From contig NW_024055490.1 of NCBI RefSeq assembly GCF_902713615.1, positions 529,262 to 593,261 on the forward strand: a stretch of 64,000 bases of DNA, given 5' to 3'. The notes beneath the pieces were generated by a model. That model saw only the letters and a program-made list of their open reading frames with translations, was not told where the DNA came from and made no database searches. Source of the stretch: Scyliorhinus canicula (Eukaryota). Each line of letters begins with the position of its first letter. The stretch's first letter is position 1. The position numbers and the translations under genes are program-made. Below, piece after piece: positions 12,110 to 24,660 of the stretch.

Positions 12110-12857
12110 GAACATAGAACATTACAGCGCAGTACAGGCCTTCGGCCCTCGATGTCGCGCCGACCTGTGAAAGCACTCTAAATCCCATCTACACTATTCT
12201 CTTATCGTCCATATGTCTATCCAATTACCATTTGAATGCCCTAAGTGTTCGCGAGTCCACTACTGTTGCAGGCAGGGCATTCCACGACCTGACTACTCTC
12301 TGAGTAAAGAACCTACCTCTGGCATCTGTCCTATATCTATCTCCCCTCAATTAAAAGCTATGTCCCCTCGTGCTAGACATCACCATCCGAGGAAAATGGC
12401 TCTCACTGTCCAGCCTATCTAATCTTCTGATCATCTTGTATGCCTCAATTAAGTCCATTAAGATCTTCCCTCCATACCAGGCAACATCTTGGTAAATCTC
12501 CTCTGCACCCTTTCCAATGCTTCCACATCCTTCCTATAATGCGGCGATCAGAATTGCACACAATACTCCAAATGCGGCCGCACCAGTTTCGTACAGCTGC
12601 AACATGACCTCATGGCTCCGAAACTCAATCCCTTTACCAATAAAAACTAACACACCGTATGCCTTCTTAACAACCATCTCAACCTGTGTGGCAACTTTCA
12701 GGGATCTATGTACATGGACACCGAGATCTCTCTGCTCATCCACACTACCAAGATTGTTCCCATTAGCACACTACCCTGTCTTACTGTTATTCCTTCCAAA
12801 ATGAATCACCTCACACTTTTCTTCATTGAACTCTATTTGCCACCTCTCAACCACCCG
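12110..12857 (-). mobile_element. CR1-type LINE 3' fragment
   Basis: ORF 12534-12743 EQRDLGVHVHRSLKVATQV..VVKKAYGVL.FI.KGIEFRS.EVMLQLY is typical CR1 ORF2 C-terminus; tail (GTTC)TATGTTC. Confidence 0.85.
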
Positions 12858-13480
12858 TGTGTTAAGCACCTTGGACTTTGCCCTCGTGAACCCTTGCCAG
12901 AACTCTCTAAGCTCCGGGCATGCCCAAAACATGTGTGTGCACATGGTTTGCAGGGCTGCCCTTGCACCTCATACAACTGTCTTCTACCCCAAAAAACTTG
13001 CTCATTCTCGCTGCTGTCATGTGAGCCCGGTGGACCACCTTAAATTGAATTAGACTGAGCCTGGCACATGATGAGGAGGAATTAACCTTGCCCAGAACCT
13101 TTGCCCACAGACCCGCTTCCAACTCCTCACCAACTCGTCCTCCCACTTGCCCTTCAGCTGCTCCACCGGGGTTTCCTCCGCCTCCTGTAGTTCCTGGTAG
13201 ATATCCAACATCTTCCCCTCCCCCACCCAGGTGCCGGAGACCACCCTGTCCTGTATCCTCAGTGGCGGCAGCGTCGGAAAGGCCACTACATGTTTTTTCA
13301 GGAAGGCTCGTGCTTGCAGATATTTTAAGGCGTTTCCTGGTGGCAGATTAAATTTGTCCTCTAGCGCCTACAAACTGGGAAAGCTTCCGTCTATGAACAG
13401 ATCTCCCATCCTTCAGATGCCTGCCCTCTCCCAGCTCTGGAACCCACCATCCATCCTACCCGGGACAAACCTGTGGCTGT
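12858..13480 (-). mobile_element. L1-clade LINE ORF2 C-terminal fragment
   Basis: LKGKWEDEL, RLSLIQFKVVHRAH, C-x2-C..H zinc-knuckle region; same family as 45551-47975. Confidence 0.85.
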
Positions 13481-13689
13481 TGCATGAGGACAGGAACATC
13501 CATGGTTGTCAATGGAAGTCAAGGACAGCATAAAAGCAAAGGAATAAGCATACAATGTGGCGAAGATTAATGGGATGCCAAAGGATGCGGAAGCTTTTAA
13601 AAGCTGATATAATGTAAAAGCTAATAAAAAAATGTATTATTACTTTTGAACTGAGGGCACTGTTTCTACGTTTTCATACGACGCCAAGA

Positions 13690-14260
13690 TACGTAGAGGA
13701 ACAAGTCGTGCTGAGGAAGCAGAGAGGCTGCAAAAGGACCTGGTCAGGCTAAGAAACGATGTGCTGGCCTTGGAGAAGCTCCCGAGGAGATTCACAAGAC
13801 TGATCCTCGGAATGACTGGCTTGTCATATGAGGAGCGCTTGAGGACTCTGGGTCTGTACTGAATAGAGTTTAGAAGGATGAGGTGCTGTGAGGGGAGTGG
13901 GGCGCGGGGCGGGGGCGGGTTGGGGTCACATTGATAGTTACAGAATAGTGAGAGGCCTAGTAGGTGAAACTAGAACCCGAGGTCACAGCCTCAGATTTAA
14001 GGGACGAGCCTTCAAAACTGAGAGGAGGAACAATTTATTCAGCCAGAGTGTCTTGAATCTGTGGAACTCAGTCCCGCAGCAGGCTGTGGAGGCCAAATCA
14101 CTGAGTGTCTTTAAGATAGAGATAGACAGGCTCTTGATTAATAAGGGGACCAGGGATTATGGGGAAAAGGCAGGAGAATGGGGATTAGAAACATAACAGT
14201 TATGATTGAATGCGAAGCAGGCTGGATGGACTGAAAGGCCGGGTTCAACTCCTATGTTTT
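13690..14260 (+). mobile_element. CR1-type LINE 3' end
   Basis: ETRTRGHSLRFKG..FKTERRNNLFSQSVLNLWNS motif and CR1 3' UTR. Confidence 0.8.
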
Positions 14261-16005
14261 ATGATTTTATGGGAGGAAAACCATATATGGACGATCTTAG
14301 AATAGATAGGTGCTTGATTGCCGGTTCAGATATGGTGGGTGGAAGGGCATATTTATTTCCTGTATAACTCTCAGACTCCATGACTCTATGACATGGTCAA
14401 AAAGAATAATCACTAATACAGAGTGTAGATTAACCTAAATTGAGATTGAATCTCGTGCAGAGATTACTGATACAGGGTCCAGATTACCAAAACTGAGACA
14501 GGTTCTACTGCAGCGATTACTCATACAAAGATTGATTAAACTTAAATGAGATAGTATCTAAAGCAGTGATTATTGTTACAGGATCTAGAATATTATAAAC
14601 TGAGGCAGGGTCTATTGCAGTCATTCCTGGTCAGGGTCTGGATTAAACATGTGTAAAGAGTTATTCAGGCAGATTATCAAAAAGTGGTTGACGAGGCATG
14701 TTATGGGATGATTTTAAGAAGGGAATTGAGGTAAAGAGGAGTAGGGAATGAATACCAGAGCTTAGGACCGAGGCATATGAAGGCATCGCAAAGTTAACCA
14801 AATAATTCTGAAGATAACAATACGTCTTGATCGATTGGAGTTGCAAAAATTAAGAAAAATGTTTCATATTCACACCTACACTAACGACCAATACGTTTGT
14901 GCAGCGATTTTAGTTGCTCTTCTAACCAGATGAGTGTTGTATGATTGGGTCGCCATTTCTCCTTTGGGTGCCCACCATTAGCATCGTGGCGATACTGTGA
15001 GAACACGGTTCTGTCTAACTCTGCCAGTGCATCAGGTGATTGGTTAACATAAATCGAGAGACAACAGGAACATGGTCCGGTGTAATATCAACAGAGACAG
15101 GCCCTGGTGAGATGTAAAGATACAAATCCCTGTGGAATATAGAAGAGGCGGAATTTAATGTAATATAATCCTATGCATGTTCTTGCGTGTTATTAATTGA
15201 GTGCAGCACAAACAGTTGAGTGTAGTATAGACAGGGACAGGGGTTACTTTAATAGTGATAAAAACAGGGTCTTATTCAACATGAGGAGTAACAGATCTGA
15301 TGTAATACAGTGACATAGAAAATAAAGCAGGAGGCCACCATTATGCCCTTCGAGCCTGCTCCACTGTTCATTCTGATCATGGCACCTCAGTAGCCTGTTC
15401 CCACTTTCACCCACATCATTTGGTCCCTTCAGAGCTTTGATCCCCAAGAGCTATATCTAACTCCTTCAAAACATACAATACTTTGGACTTAACTTCGTTC
15501 TGTGGTACAGAATTCCATAAGCTCTCGACTCCCAGGGTGGAGTTATTGCCCCTCATCTCAGTCCTAAATAGTTTACCCCGTATCCTTAGACAGTGACCCC
15601 TGATTCTAGCTTCCCCCACCATCGGGACCATCCTTGCTGCATCCGCCCTGTCACGTCCTGTTTCAATTTGATAGGTTTATAATCAGAGGGGGATTTAATA
15701 TTTCATCAATTCGTGTCTTCTGATTCTCCTACCAGTGAATCAAGTTTCTTCCTAATTAATCAAACAAAACCCTTCATAATTGTGACCATTGTTACACCCC
15801 TCCCAAAAACTGATCGGTTCTAAGGAAAACAATCCCAGCTTCCAACCGCTCTGTCCGTGCAGCTGATGCAGTGGAAAGGCCCAGTTGTATATATTTTTCT
15901 GCCTTTCTTGTGTTCAGATGCTATTTTTGGAATTACTGACATTTTATATGGAGCCAGTAGAATTCCCGTTCACCATTACCATCGTGTCAGAATTAGACAC
16001 AAGAC

Positions 16006-16230
16006 GGGGCCAGCACGGTGGTGCAGTGGTTAGCACTGCTGTCTCACGGCGTCGAGATACCAGGTTAGATCCCGTCTCTCGGTCCATCTCCACGTGGAGT
16101 TTGCACATTCTCCCCGTCTCTGCGTGGGTTTCACCCCCAAAACTTAAAGATGTGCAGGGTAGGTGGACTGGCTGTGCTAAATTGCCCCTTGATTTGGAAA
16201 AAAATAATTGTTTACTCTAAATTTATAATA
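16006..16230 (+). mobile_element. HE1-like SINE with 11-bp TSD
   Basis: AGACACAAGAC at 15995-16005 and 16231-16241; absent from the paralogous site near 21080. Confidence 0.9.
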
Positions 16231-16515
16231 AGACACAAGACTAAGAAAAGACTAGCCTCTGAAAATTAAATTGACCCATGTAAGGCTGGACCCAGAATTC
16301 GAACTTTAGATACGCTGACCAATATTTCAGAATGTAATGTCAACATGCAAGCCATGATAGGTTAACAATCTTGTCTCAGTGGAATCAATATCCCCTCTCA
16401 CAACAGATACCTGAGCCCACGACCCAGATGTGATGAATGCAGGAGTATTTTATGTTTCAGTTGCTCCATCTTTTAGATGTGATGTGTCTTAGGGCTGCTT
16501 TGCAACATTATGTGG

Positions 16516-16597
16516 GACGAGGTGGCCGAGTGGTTAAGGCGATGGACTGCTAATTCATTGTGCTATGCATGCGTGTGTTCGAATCCCATCCTCGTCG
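16516..16597 (+). tRNA. tRNA-Ser(GCT) gene or pseudogene
   Basis: 82-nt GACGAGGTGGCCGAGTGGTTAAGGCGATGGACT-GCT-AA...GTTCGAATCCCATCCTCGTCG, near-identical to vertebrate tRNA-Ser(GCT); G:U in anticodon stem, T:C mismatch in T stem, T5 run at 16599-16603. Confidence 0.9.
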
Positions 16598-16605
16598 ATT
16601 TTTGT

Positions 16606-16920
16606 GGGCAGCACAGCAGCATGGTGGTCAGCATAAATGCTGCACAGCTCCAGGATCCCAGGTTCGATTCCCGGCTGGGACACTGTCTGTGCGGAGTCTG
16701 CACGTCCTCCCTGTGTGTGGGTGGGTTTCCTCCGGGTGCTCCGATTTCCTCCCACAGTCCAAAGATGTGCGGGTTAGGTGGATTGGCTATGCTAAATTGC
16801 CTGTGGTGTCCTAAAAAGTAAGGTTAAGAGGGGGGTGGGTGGGTGGATACGTGGGTTTGAGGAGGGTGATCATTGCTCGGCACAACATCAAACATTCTGT
16901 GCTGTACTGTTCTATGTTCT
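16606..16920 (+). mobile_element. HE1-like SINE, full length
   Basis: GGGCAGCAC head, GGTTCGATTCCC B-box, core and GTTCTATGTTCT tail. Confidence 0.9.
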
Positions 16921-19759
16921 ATTATTTATTATTACTGGACTGGTAATCTGGAGTCCTGAACTATTACTTCAGAGACTCGAGTACAAATTCCACCAGAGCA
17001 TATTGCAATGATGTGAGCAGTTTGGGTCTCCTTACCAAAGGGTAGATATTTTGGAGGTGGTGCAGAGAAGGTTCATTCGGTTAATCTCGGGTACGGATGG
17101 ATTTTCATAGGTAGCTGGAATTAAGAGGTTCTTCGGCCCATCGTTACTGCGCCTGTCATCAAATAGAGAAGAACCCGGCCCTGGATAGTCTTGAAACACA
17201 GATCTCTCGGTTTGCAGCGAAAAACGTTGACCAATTGCACCACAGAGAGCTTCAGTAGGGAAGACCTACACGCATTGGAGTTTAGAAGAATGAGAGGCGA
17301 ACTGACTGAGATATGTAGTATTTTCAAGGAGCTTGACAGTATGGATGCTCGAGGTTGTTTCTGCTTGTGGGTGAGTCTGGGACCGTAGGGCACCATCTCA
17401 GAGTAAGATGTCGCTCATTTCAGACGAGGATGGAGCGGAATTTCGTCTCTCAGTGGGGAGTGATTCTATGGTGCAGAGATTTGGAGAGGCCGGGTCAATA
17501 AGTATGTCCAAGGCTGAGACAGACAGATTTTTCATTAGTAAGGGAATCAAGGGCTATGGGGATAAGGCGGAACAGTGGAGTTTAGGATCTTATCAGATCA
17601 GCCACGATCTCATTGAATGGCAGATCATATTCCATGGGCCGAATTGCCACCTTCTCCTGGCTTGCTTGGTCTGCTTTAGAAGCCAGAGATTTAACCCAGT
17701 GAGCTAAACCAGCACGTGGTTTTATGGCATCATTCATAATACTCATGAAGCTAGCGAAATTTCCCAAAGCCCAGCAGGTTCACCAATGTCCTTTAGGAGA
17801 AGAAATCTTCCCTCCTTACCCTGTCTGGCCTCTATGTGAGTAGTTCAGCAGTGATGTGGTTGACGCTTAACTATCTCTGATATTGCCGAGCAGGCCAATC
17901 AGTTCAAGGTCTGCTGCCACAGAAATCAGATGTGAATTCAACCGTCCGAAGTGCACCTTACCTAAAAGGTGGTTCACAGCCGGCTTCTCAGGATGGACAG
18001 TTAATGCTGACTGTGTCAGTGAGGGTCATATTCCGAGAATACATGTTTAAAACTGTGCAAAGTGCTGCAGATTCCGGAAATCTAAAACAAAAACAAAAAG
18101 AGGCTGCTCAGCAGGTCTGTGGGCATCAGCTCAGAGAGAAAGAGATTCACATTTCAGGTGGATTACCTCATTGACATAATGCTAAAGAGCAGAGCTGCTT
18201 TTCCCAGTATCCTCGACCAATGCCCGTTCTTGAACATAAGTCACAGATTAGCTGGTCACTTATCACATCTCAGTTTGTGGGAGTTTGCTGTGCCAAAATT
18301 CTCTGCTCCGTTTCCGACATTACAGCAGTGACTAAATTCAGCAAAAATACATCAGTGAGTTTGAAGGGCGTTGGAATGGCCTGAGGTCGGGTAGAGCGTT
18401 TTACAAAAGCAAGCTCTTTCCAAACGTTTACATTTTAAAATGCAGGTTGTAATATGTTGAAAGATCTGAGATTAATGTGACTATGGGTCACTCCTCTGCC
18501 TGATGTTTTAATTTATCTCCTTTAAATTGGTCAATGTTTCAATTAAATTAATATTCAGTGGAATAACAGCCTGGTTAAAGATGATTTATTAATTGAGGCA
18601 TCAGAACTTCCAGAATTAATACTTAATTTAAATTTATTTTTTTTATTTGAATTAACTAACATCTGTTCTAATGGATGTTTCTATACGTTTCAACCAACTG
18701 TCAATATTCTTAAAATAACCCGCTATTTTGAGTTGAACCTAATGAATAAATGACTATGTTTATCTCATTTTGTTGATACGCACACTTCATTGTGACCAGT
18801 GAGGTGTTTATGTAAATAAACACAGAAATAGAAATCCCAGATTAGATTGTGGACTGACAAAAACTCAACAACTATTTCCCCACCGACACAGCACTGAAAT
18901 AGAGGCAAAGACGCAAATATATCAACGGATTCCAGTAATGATTGTTTTTGACATTTGTTTCTTCATCAGTTATATGAGAAAAAGGTCATCATGATACAGG
19001 TATCCATGTTCAGGATTAGGAAAGATTCCCTCTAATCTCGAAATCTAATGACATGCGAAATGTGTTCGTAGAGTTTTCCAGTTTTCCTGTATGTGAGATC
19101 TGTCCCTTTTTCTTAACTGGTTCTGTCTCATGTCTCTCCACAATGGGTCATTGCCTTTAATCGACAACATAAAGTCAACATGTGCCGAATATAATCTCTC
19201 AGCGCAATCTCACCCCATTGGCTTCCAACTAAATGGATCGAATCCAATTAATTGGAATACATAGAGGGGGATTTACTCTAAAATGTGGTTGGAGCATTCA
19301 CTTACCTTGTAGTGTTTCATGAGAACTGTGGAGAAAAAAATACTCTGTATCTAACCTGAGCTGCACAGGGTGATGAGGATTTGATGTGGCAGTGCCGAGG
19401 ATATTTCCCTCTTTCTAACCAGGCTAACAGAGATAGATAATTTCTTGATTAATAAGGGATCAAGGGTTGTGGCGAGAAGGCAGGAGATAGGCTTTTAGAA
19501 AATAACACTCGTGATTGAATATGGAGCACACTCTATTGGCCTAATCGTCCAATTCTGCTCCAGTGTCTTATAGTTTTATGGTAAGAAGACCATCTATGGA
19601 CTATGTTAGAATAGATAGGTACTTCATTGCCATCGTAAATATGGTCGGTGAAGGGCATCTTTCTGTATTGTAGACTGCTAAGTCTCCATGACTCTATGAC
19701 AAAGTCCAAAACGATTATCACTCATGTAGGGCGGAGATTAACCTAAACTAATGTAATAA

Positions 19760-20030
19760 TATTTTTGTCACAAGTAAGCTGACATTAGCACTGCAATGAA
19801 GTCACTGTGAAAAGATTCCAGTCGCCACATTCCGCCGCCTGTTTGGGTACACAGACGGAGAATTCAGAATGTCCAAATTACAGAACTGCACATCTTTTGG
19901 GACTTGTGGGAGGAAACCGGAGCACCCGATGGAAACCCCCACAGACACGGGGAGAACGTGCCGACTCCGCACTGACTGGGACTCTGGCGCTGTGAAGCAA
20001 CAGTGCTACTGATATTGAATATAGTGCAGT
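19760..20030 (-). mobile_element. SINE with HE1-type head and alternative (…CTTGTGACAA) tail
   Basis: Present only in duplication copy 2; same architecture at ~61710-61985. Confidence 0.75.
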
Positions 20031-21641
20031 GATTACTGATGCAAGGTCTCAACTGGCATAAACCGAAACAGGTTCTAGTGCAGAAATTACTGATACAAAG
20101 GTTGATTGCCCTTAAATGATATAGAGCACTGATTATTGATTCAGGGTCTGGAATATTATAAACTGAGGTAGGGTCTCTTGCAGTCATTCCTGCTGCAGGG
20201 TCTGGATTAATATATGTGTAAAGACTTATTAGGTCAGATGATTAAAAACTTGGTCGACGAGGCAGGTTATATTGGATGATTTTATTAAGGGAATTGAGGT
20301 AAAGAGGAGTGGGGAATGAATACCAGAGCTTAGGGCCGAGACGCATGAAGACATCGCAAAGCAAAACAATTAACTCTGAACATAACATAACGTCTTGATA
20401 AATTACAGTTGCAAAACTCTAGAACAATATTTTATATGCACAACTGCGTGAACGGCCAATCCCTTTTTGAAGTGAATTCACTTGCTGTTCTTAACCAGAT
20501 GAGAGTTCTATGATTGTGTGGACATTTATCCTGTGGGAGCTATTCTAGTGATTCTGTGAGAGCACTGATCTGCCTCACACTGCCAGTATATTAGGCGTTT
20601 AGTGAATATAAAACGAGGCAGAAAAAAAATCCTCACCATGAAAACCAGTTTCCAATGGATAGAGTGTAATACAAGAGTAAATTCATCATTTTGAACATAA
20701 CAGAGATTTCCATTAACTTTTGGAAAGTGCTGTGCAGCGATATTCACATGTAGACCTGTCCCTCAAGTCCAGTACATTACTGGGACGTTGGTAAAATATT
20801 AAACTCAATATTACCCACATGATAGCAGAGCAAATACAAATTTCATAGAACTACTTATAAGTATCAACAAGAATTAATATAATCTCCAAATCAACAATGA
20901 TTGTACTCGTACAAACAAGCAAATATATACAATCATTTAGAATATCGTGACAGGCAACAGGAATATGGTCCGGTGTAATATAAACAGAGACTGACCCTGG
21001 TGTGCTATTTTTGGAATAACTGATATTTTATATAGAGCCAGTGGAATTCCCTATCACCATTGCCATCGTGTCAGAATAGGACCTAAGACTAGTAAAAGAC
21101 CAGCCTCTGAAAATTAAATTGACCCATGTAAGACTGGACCCATAGTTTGAACTTTAGATTCAGCGAGCAATATTTCAGAACGTCAAAATGCAAACCATGA
21201 TGATTCTCTCTGTGGAATCACTATCACCTCCCATAACAGATACCTCCGCACATGATCCAGTTGTTCCATCTTTTCGATGGGGGGATATTACAGTCTTTGG
21301 GATAGTCTCGCAATATTATTATAAAAACTGGTAATCTGGAGGCCTGAACTAATACTCCAGACACAGGAGTACAAATTCCACCAGGTCATATTGTAATGTT
21401 GTGAACAGTTTTGGTCTCCTTATGTAAGGAAAGATATTTTGGAGGCAGTCCAGAGAAGGTTCTTTAGGTAAATCCAGAGTGTGGAGGGATTTTCAAAGGT
21501 AGGTAGCATTTCACAGCACAGAAAGAGGCTCCTCGGCCCATCGTTACTCTACATGTCAGCAAATAAAGAAGAATCCGGCCTTGAAACGCAGACCTTGCGG
21601 TAAACAGCCAAACACGCTGACCGATTGCACCACAGAGACTG

Positions 21642-21839
21642 TGGCAATAATGTGGAAATGCCGGCGTTGGACTGGGGTGAGCACAGTAAGAAGTCTTACA
21701 ATACCAGGTTAAAGTCCAACAGGTTTGTTTCAAACACTAGCTTTCGGAGCACTGCTCCGTCGGGAGCAGTGCTCCGAAAGCTAGTGTTTGAAACAAACCT
21801 GTTGGACTTTAACCTGGTGTTGTAAGACTTCTTACTGTG
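21642..21839. mobile_element. Penelope-derived fold-back insertion (77-bp arms, 4-nt loop) with 13-bp TSD
   Basis: Arms 21682-21758 and 21763-21839 are reverse complements with one mismatch; TSD ACCACAGAGACTG at 21629-21641 and 21840-21852; empty site in paralog at ~17240. Confidence 0.9.
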
Positions 21840-23989
21840 ACCACAGAGACTGAAATGGGGAGAGATTAAGTCGGTTAGGCCTACACGAATTGGAGTTTAG
21901 AAGAATCAGAGGCGAAGTTACTGAGATATATAGTATTCTCAGGGGGCTTGACACTGTAGATGTTCGAGGTTGGTTCCGCTTTTGGGAGAATCTAGCACCA
22001 TAGGGCACAATCTCAGTGTAAGGTGCCACTCATTTCAGATGAGGCTGAAGAGGAATTTCTTCTCTCAGAGCGTAGTGCTTCTATATAATTATTTGCCGTA
22101 GAGCGTTCGCCTGGTCAATAAATATGTTCAAGGCTGAGACAGATATTTTTCATCAGTAAGGGAATCAAGGGTTATGGGAATAAAGTGGAACTGTGGAGTT
22201 GAGGATTTTACCAGATTTGCCACCATCTCATTGAATGGCAGATCAGATTCCATGGGCCGAATGGCCAAGTTCTGCTCCAAATCCTATGGGTTTTTTGCAG
22301 CTGTAGAGACTTTCAATTGAATGGCTTAATCAATCAACCAAAAATCATCGCGTTGTTTATACTTCCGAAGAAATGGAAATTTCACGCGAAGCCCAGCAGG
22401 TTCACCAGCGTCCTTCAGAAGAAAGCTTCCCTCCTTACTCTCTCTGGCCTATATGTGTCTCTATTTCAACAATGATGTGGTTGACTATTAACTATCTCTG
22501 ATATTGCTGAGCAAGCAAGTCAGTTGAAGGGAAGATGCTACAGAAAGTCAAATGTGAATAAAATTGCTCGAAGTGCACCTCATCAAAAAGATGGTTCACA
22601 TCCGGCTTCTCAGGATGGATAGTTAATGCTGACTTTGTCACTGATTGCTACATGGCGAGAATGAATCCAAAACTGTGCAAAGTGCTGCAGATTCTGGAAA
22701 TCTAAAACAAAAACAAAAAAAAAATGCGGAGCAGGACAGTGGGCATCAGCAGAGAGAGAAACAGATTCACATTTCAGGGGGATTACCTCACTGATATAAT
22801 TCTAAGGGCAGAGCTGCTTCTCCCAGTATGTTGGACCAATGTCCGTTCTTCATCTAAAATCACAAATTAGCTGGTCACTTATCGCATCTCAGTTTGTGGG
22901 AGCTTGCTGTGCGCAAATTCCCTGCTCTGTTTCCAACATTACAGCAGATACTAAATTCAGCAAAAAAAATATCAGTGAGTTTTAAGGGCGTTGAGGTGAC
23001 CTGAGGTCGCGTAAAGTGTTTTACAAAAGCAAGCTCTTTCCAAATGTTAACATTTTTTAAATGCTGGTTGTAATATGTTGAAAGATCTGAGATTGATGTG
23101 ACTATAGATCACTCCTCTGCTTGATGTTTTAATCTATCTACTTTAAATAGGTTAATATTTCAATCAAATTAACGTTCAGTGGAAAAGTAGCTGGTTAAAG
23201 ATGCTTTATTAATTGAGGCATCAGAACTTTCAGAATGAATACCCAATTTAAAGTATTTTTTATTTCAATTAAGTAACATCTGTTCTAATGGAAGTTTCTA
23301 TTCATTTTAACCAACTGTCAATATTCTTAAAATAAACCGCTATTTTGAGTTAAAACTAATCAATAAGTGACTGTGTTTATCTAATTTTGCTGACATGAAC
23401 ACTTCATTGTGACCAGTGGGGTGTTTATGTAAATAGACACAGAAATAGAAGATCTAGATTAGATTGCGGACTGAGAAAAGCAAAACAAATGTTTCCCCAC
23501 CAACACAGCACAGAAATAGAGCAAATGATGCAAATAGATCAACGGATTCCAGTAGTGTTTGTTTTTCGACATTTTTTTATTCATCAGTTATATGAGAAAA
23601 ATGTCATGATGATAGCCATGTTCATAATTAGGAAATATTCCCTTTAATCTCTAAATATAAGGGCATGCCAAGTGTGTTAGTAGAAATGTCCTGTATCCTA
23701 TCTCTCTTTGTGTCTTTCTCATAACTGGTTCTATCTCATGTCTCTCCACGATGGGTCATTGTCTTTAATCGACATGTGGCCAACACTAATAACAATTTTT
23801 CTGTGAAAAGCCCCGAGTCGCCACATTCCGGCGCCTGTTCAGGTGAGCTGGAACGGGAATTAAACCCTGGCTGCTGGGCCTGTTCTGCATCACAAACCAG
23901 CTGTCTAGCCCACTGAGCTAAACCAGCCCTCTCAGCCCGAACTCACCCCGTTGGCTTCCAACTAAATGCATCGAATCCAATGTATTGGA

Positions 23990-24660
23990 ATCCGTCGAGG
24001 GAGTTTTATGCTAAAATGAGGTTGGAGCATTCAATGATCTTGGAGTGTTTAATGAGAACTGTAGAGACAAGTTTCCTCTATATTTGATCTGGGCTGCACA
24101 TGGTGGTTGAGGAGTTGATGTGGCAGGGTCGAAGAATCTTTCCTTGAACTTAATCCAGCTGCCGAGACCTTGGAGCATTTGATTGCCCTGGATAGAGCAA
24201 GTTTACTTCCATGTAACCTGCACTGAACCTGCCCTGTGAGTGTTTGATATGACTGTGCACAGGGAGATTTACTCCTTATCTGAACTGTGCTGCACCTGAC
24301 CTGGGTGGGTTTGATGGGAAAATGCAGAGGTTTCTTTACCCAGTAACTAACCCCACTGTCAACCTGTCTTGGGGATCACTGAAGGAAGAGTGCAGAAGAG
24401 GTTTTGCCTGGTATAGAACTCTTGGTTTCTAGGCCTTTAATGTGTTTGAGCGAGATGGAATTTAATTCTATATCTAAACAATCTGCAGCTGCTCTGAGAA
24501 TGTTTAGTGGGGACAGTGCAGGGAGTTTCTCTTTGTCTCCAACCTGTGATGCACCTGGCCTGCGAGTGTTTGAAGGGACAGTCATCCCTGGCTCTGTATT
24601 GCACCAGGCTGTGAGCCCGTCTCTGTTTATATTATACTACCTTGTGCCTGTGTCAGTTTA
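23990..24660. repeat. Degenerate ~70-bp satellite-like repeat (GGGACAGTG..GGGAG.TTTACTCT..ATCTAACC.GTGCTGCACCTG.CCTG.GAGTGTTTGA)
   Basis: Motif recurs at ~24190-24330 and 24500-24620; relics at ~11330-11560 and 19240-19420. Confidence 0.55.

Larger units (their letters stand above)
14120..24140 (+). repeat. Tandem segmental duplication, two ~5 kb copies (~14120-19420 and ~19430-24140)
   Basis: Collinear matches, e.g. 14300 vs 19600 (TTAGAATAGATAGGT), 15920 vs 21005 (GCTATTTTTGGAA), 18440 vs 23060 (GGTTGTAATATGTTGAAAGATCTGAGATT), 19210 vs 23945 (CTCACCCC.TTGGCTTCCAACTAAATG). Confidence 0.9.

Noticed and set aside
18820-18870. CACAGAA ... ACAAAAACT resembling an orphan RSS
   Set aside because: Spacing is about 29 nt, not 12 or 23, with no adjacent gene segment.
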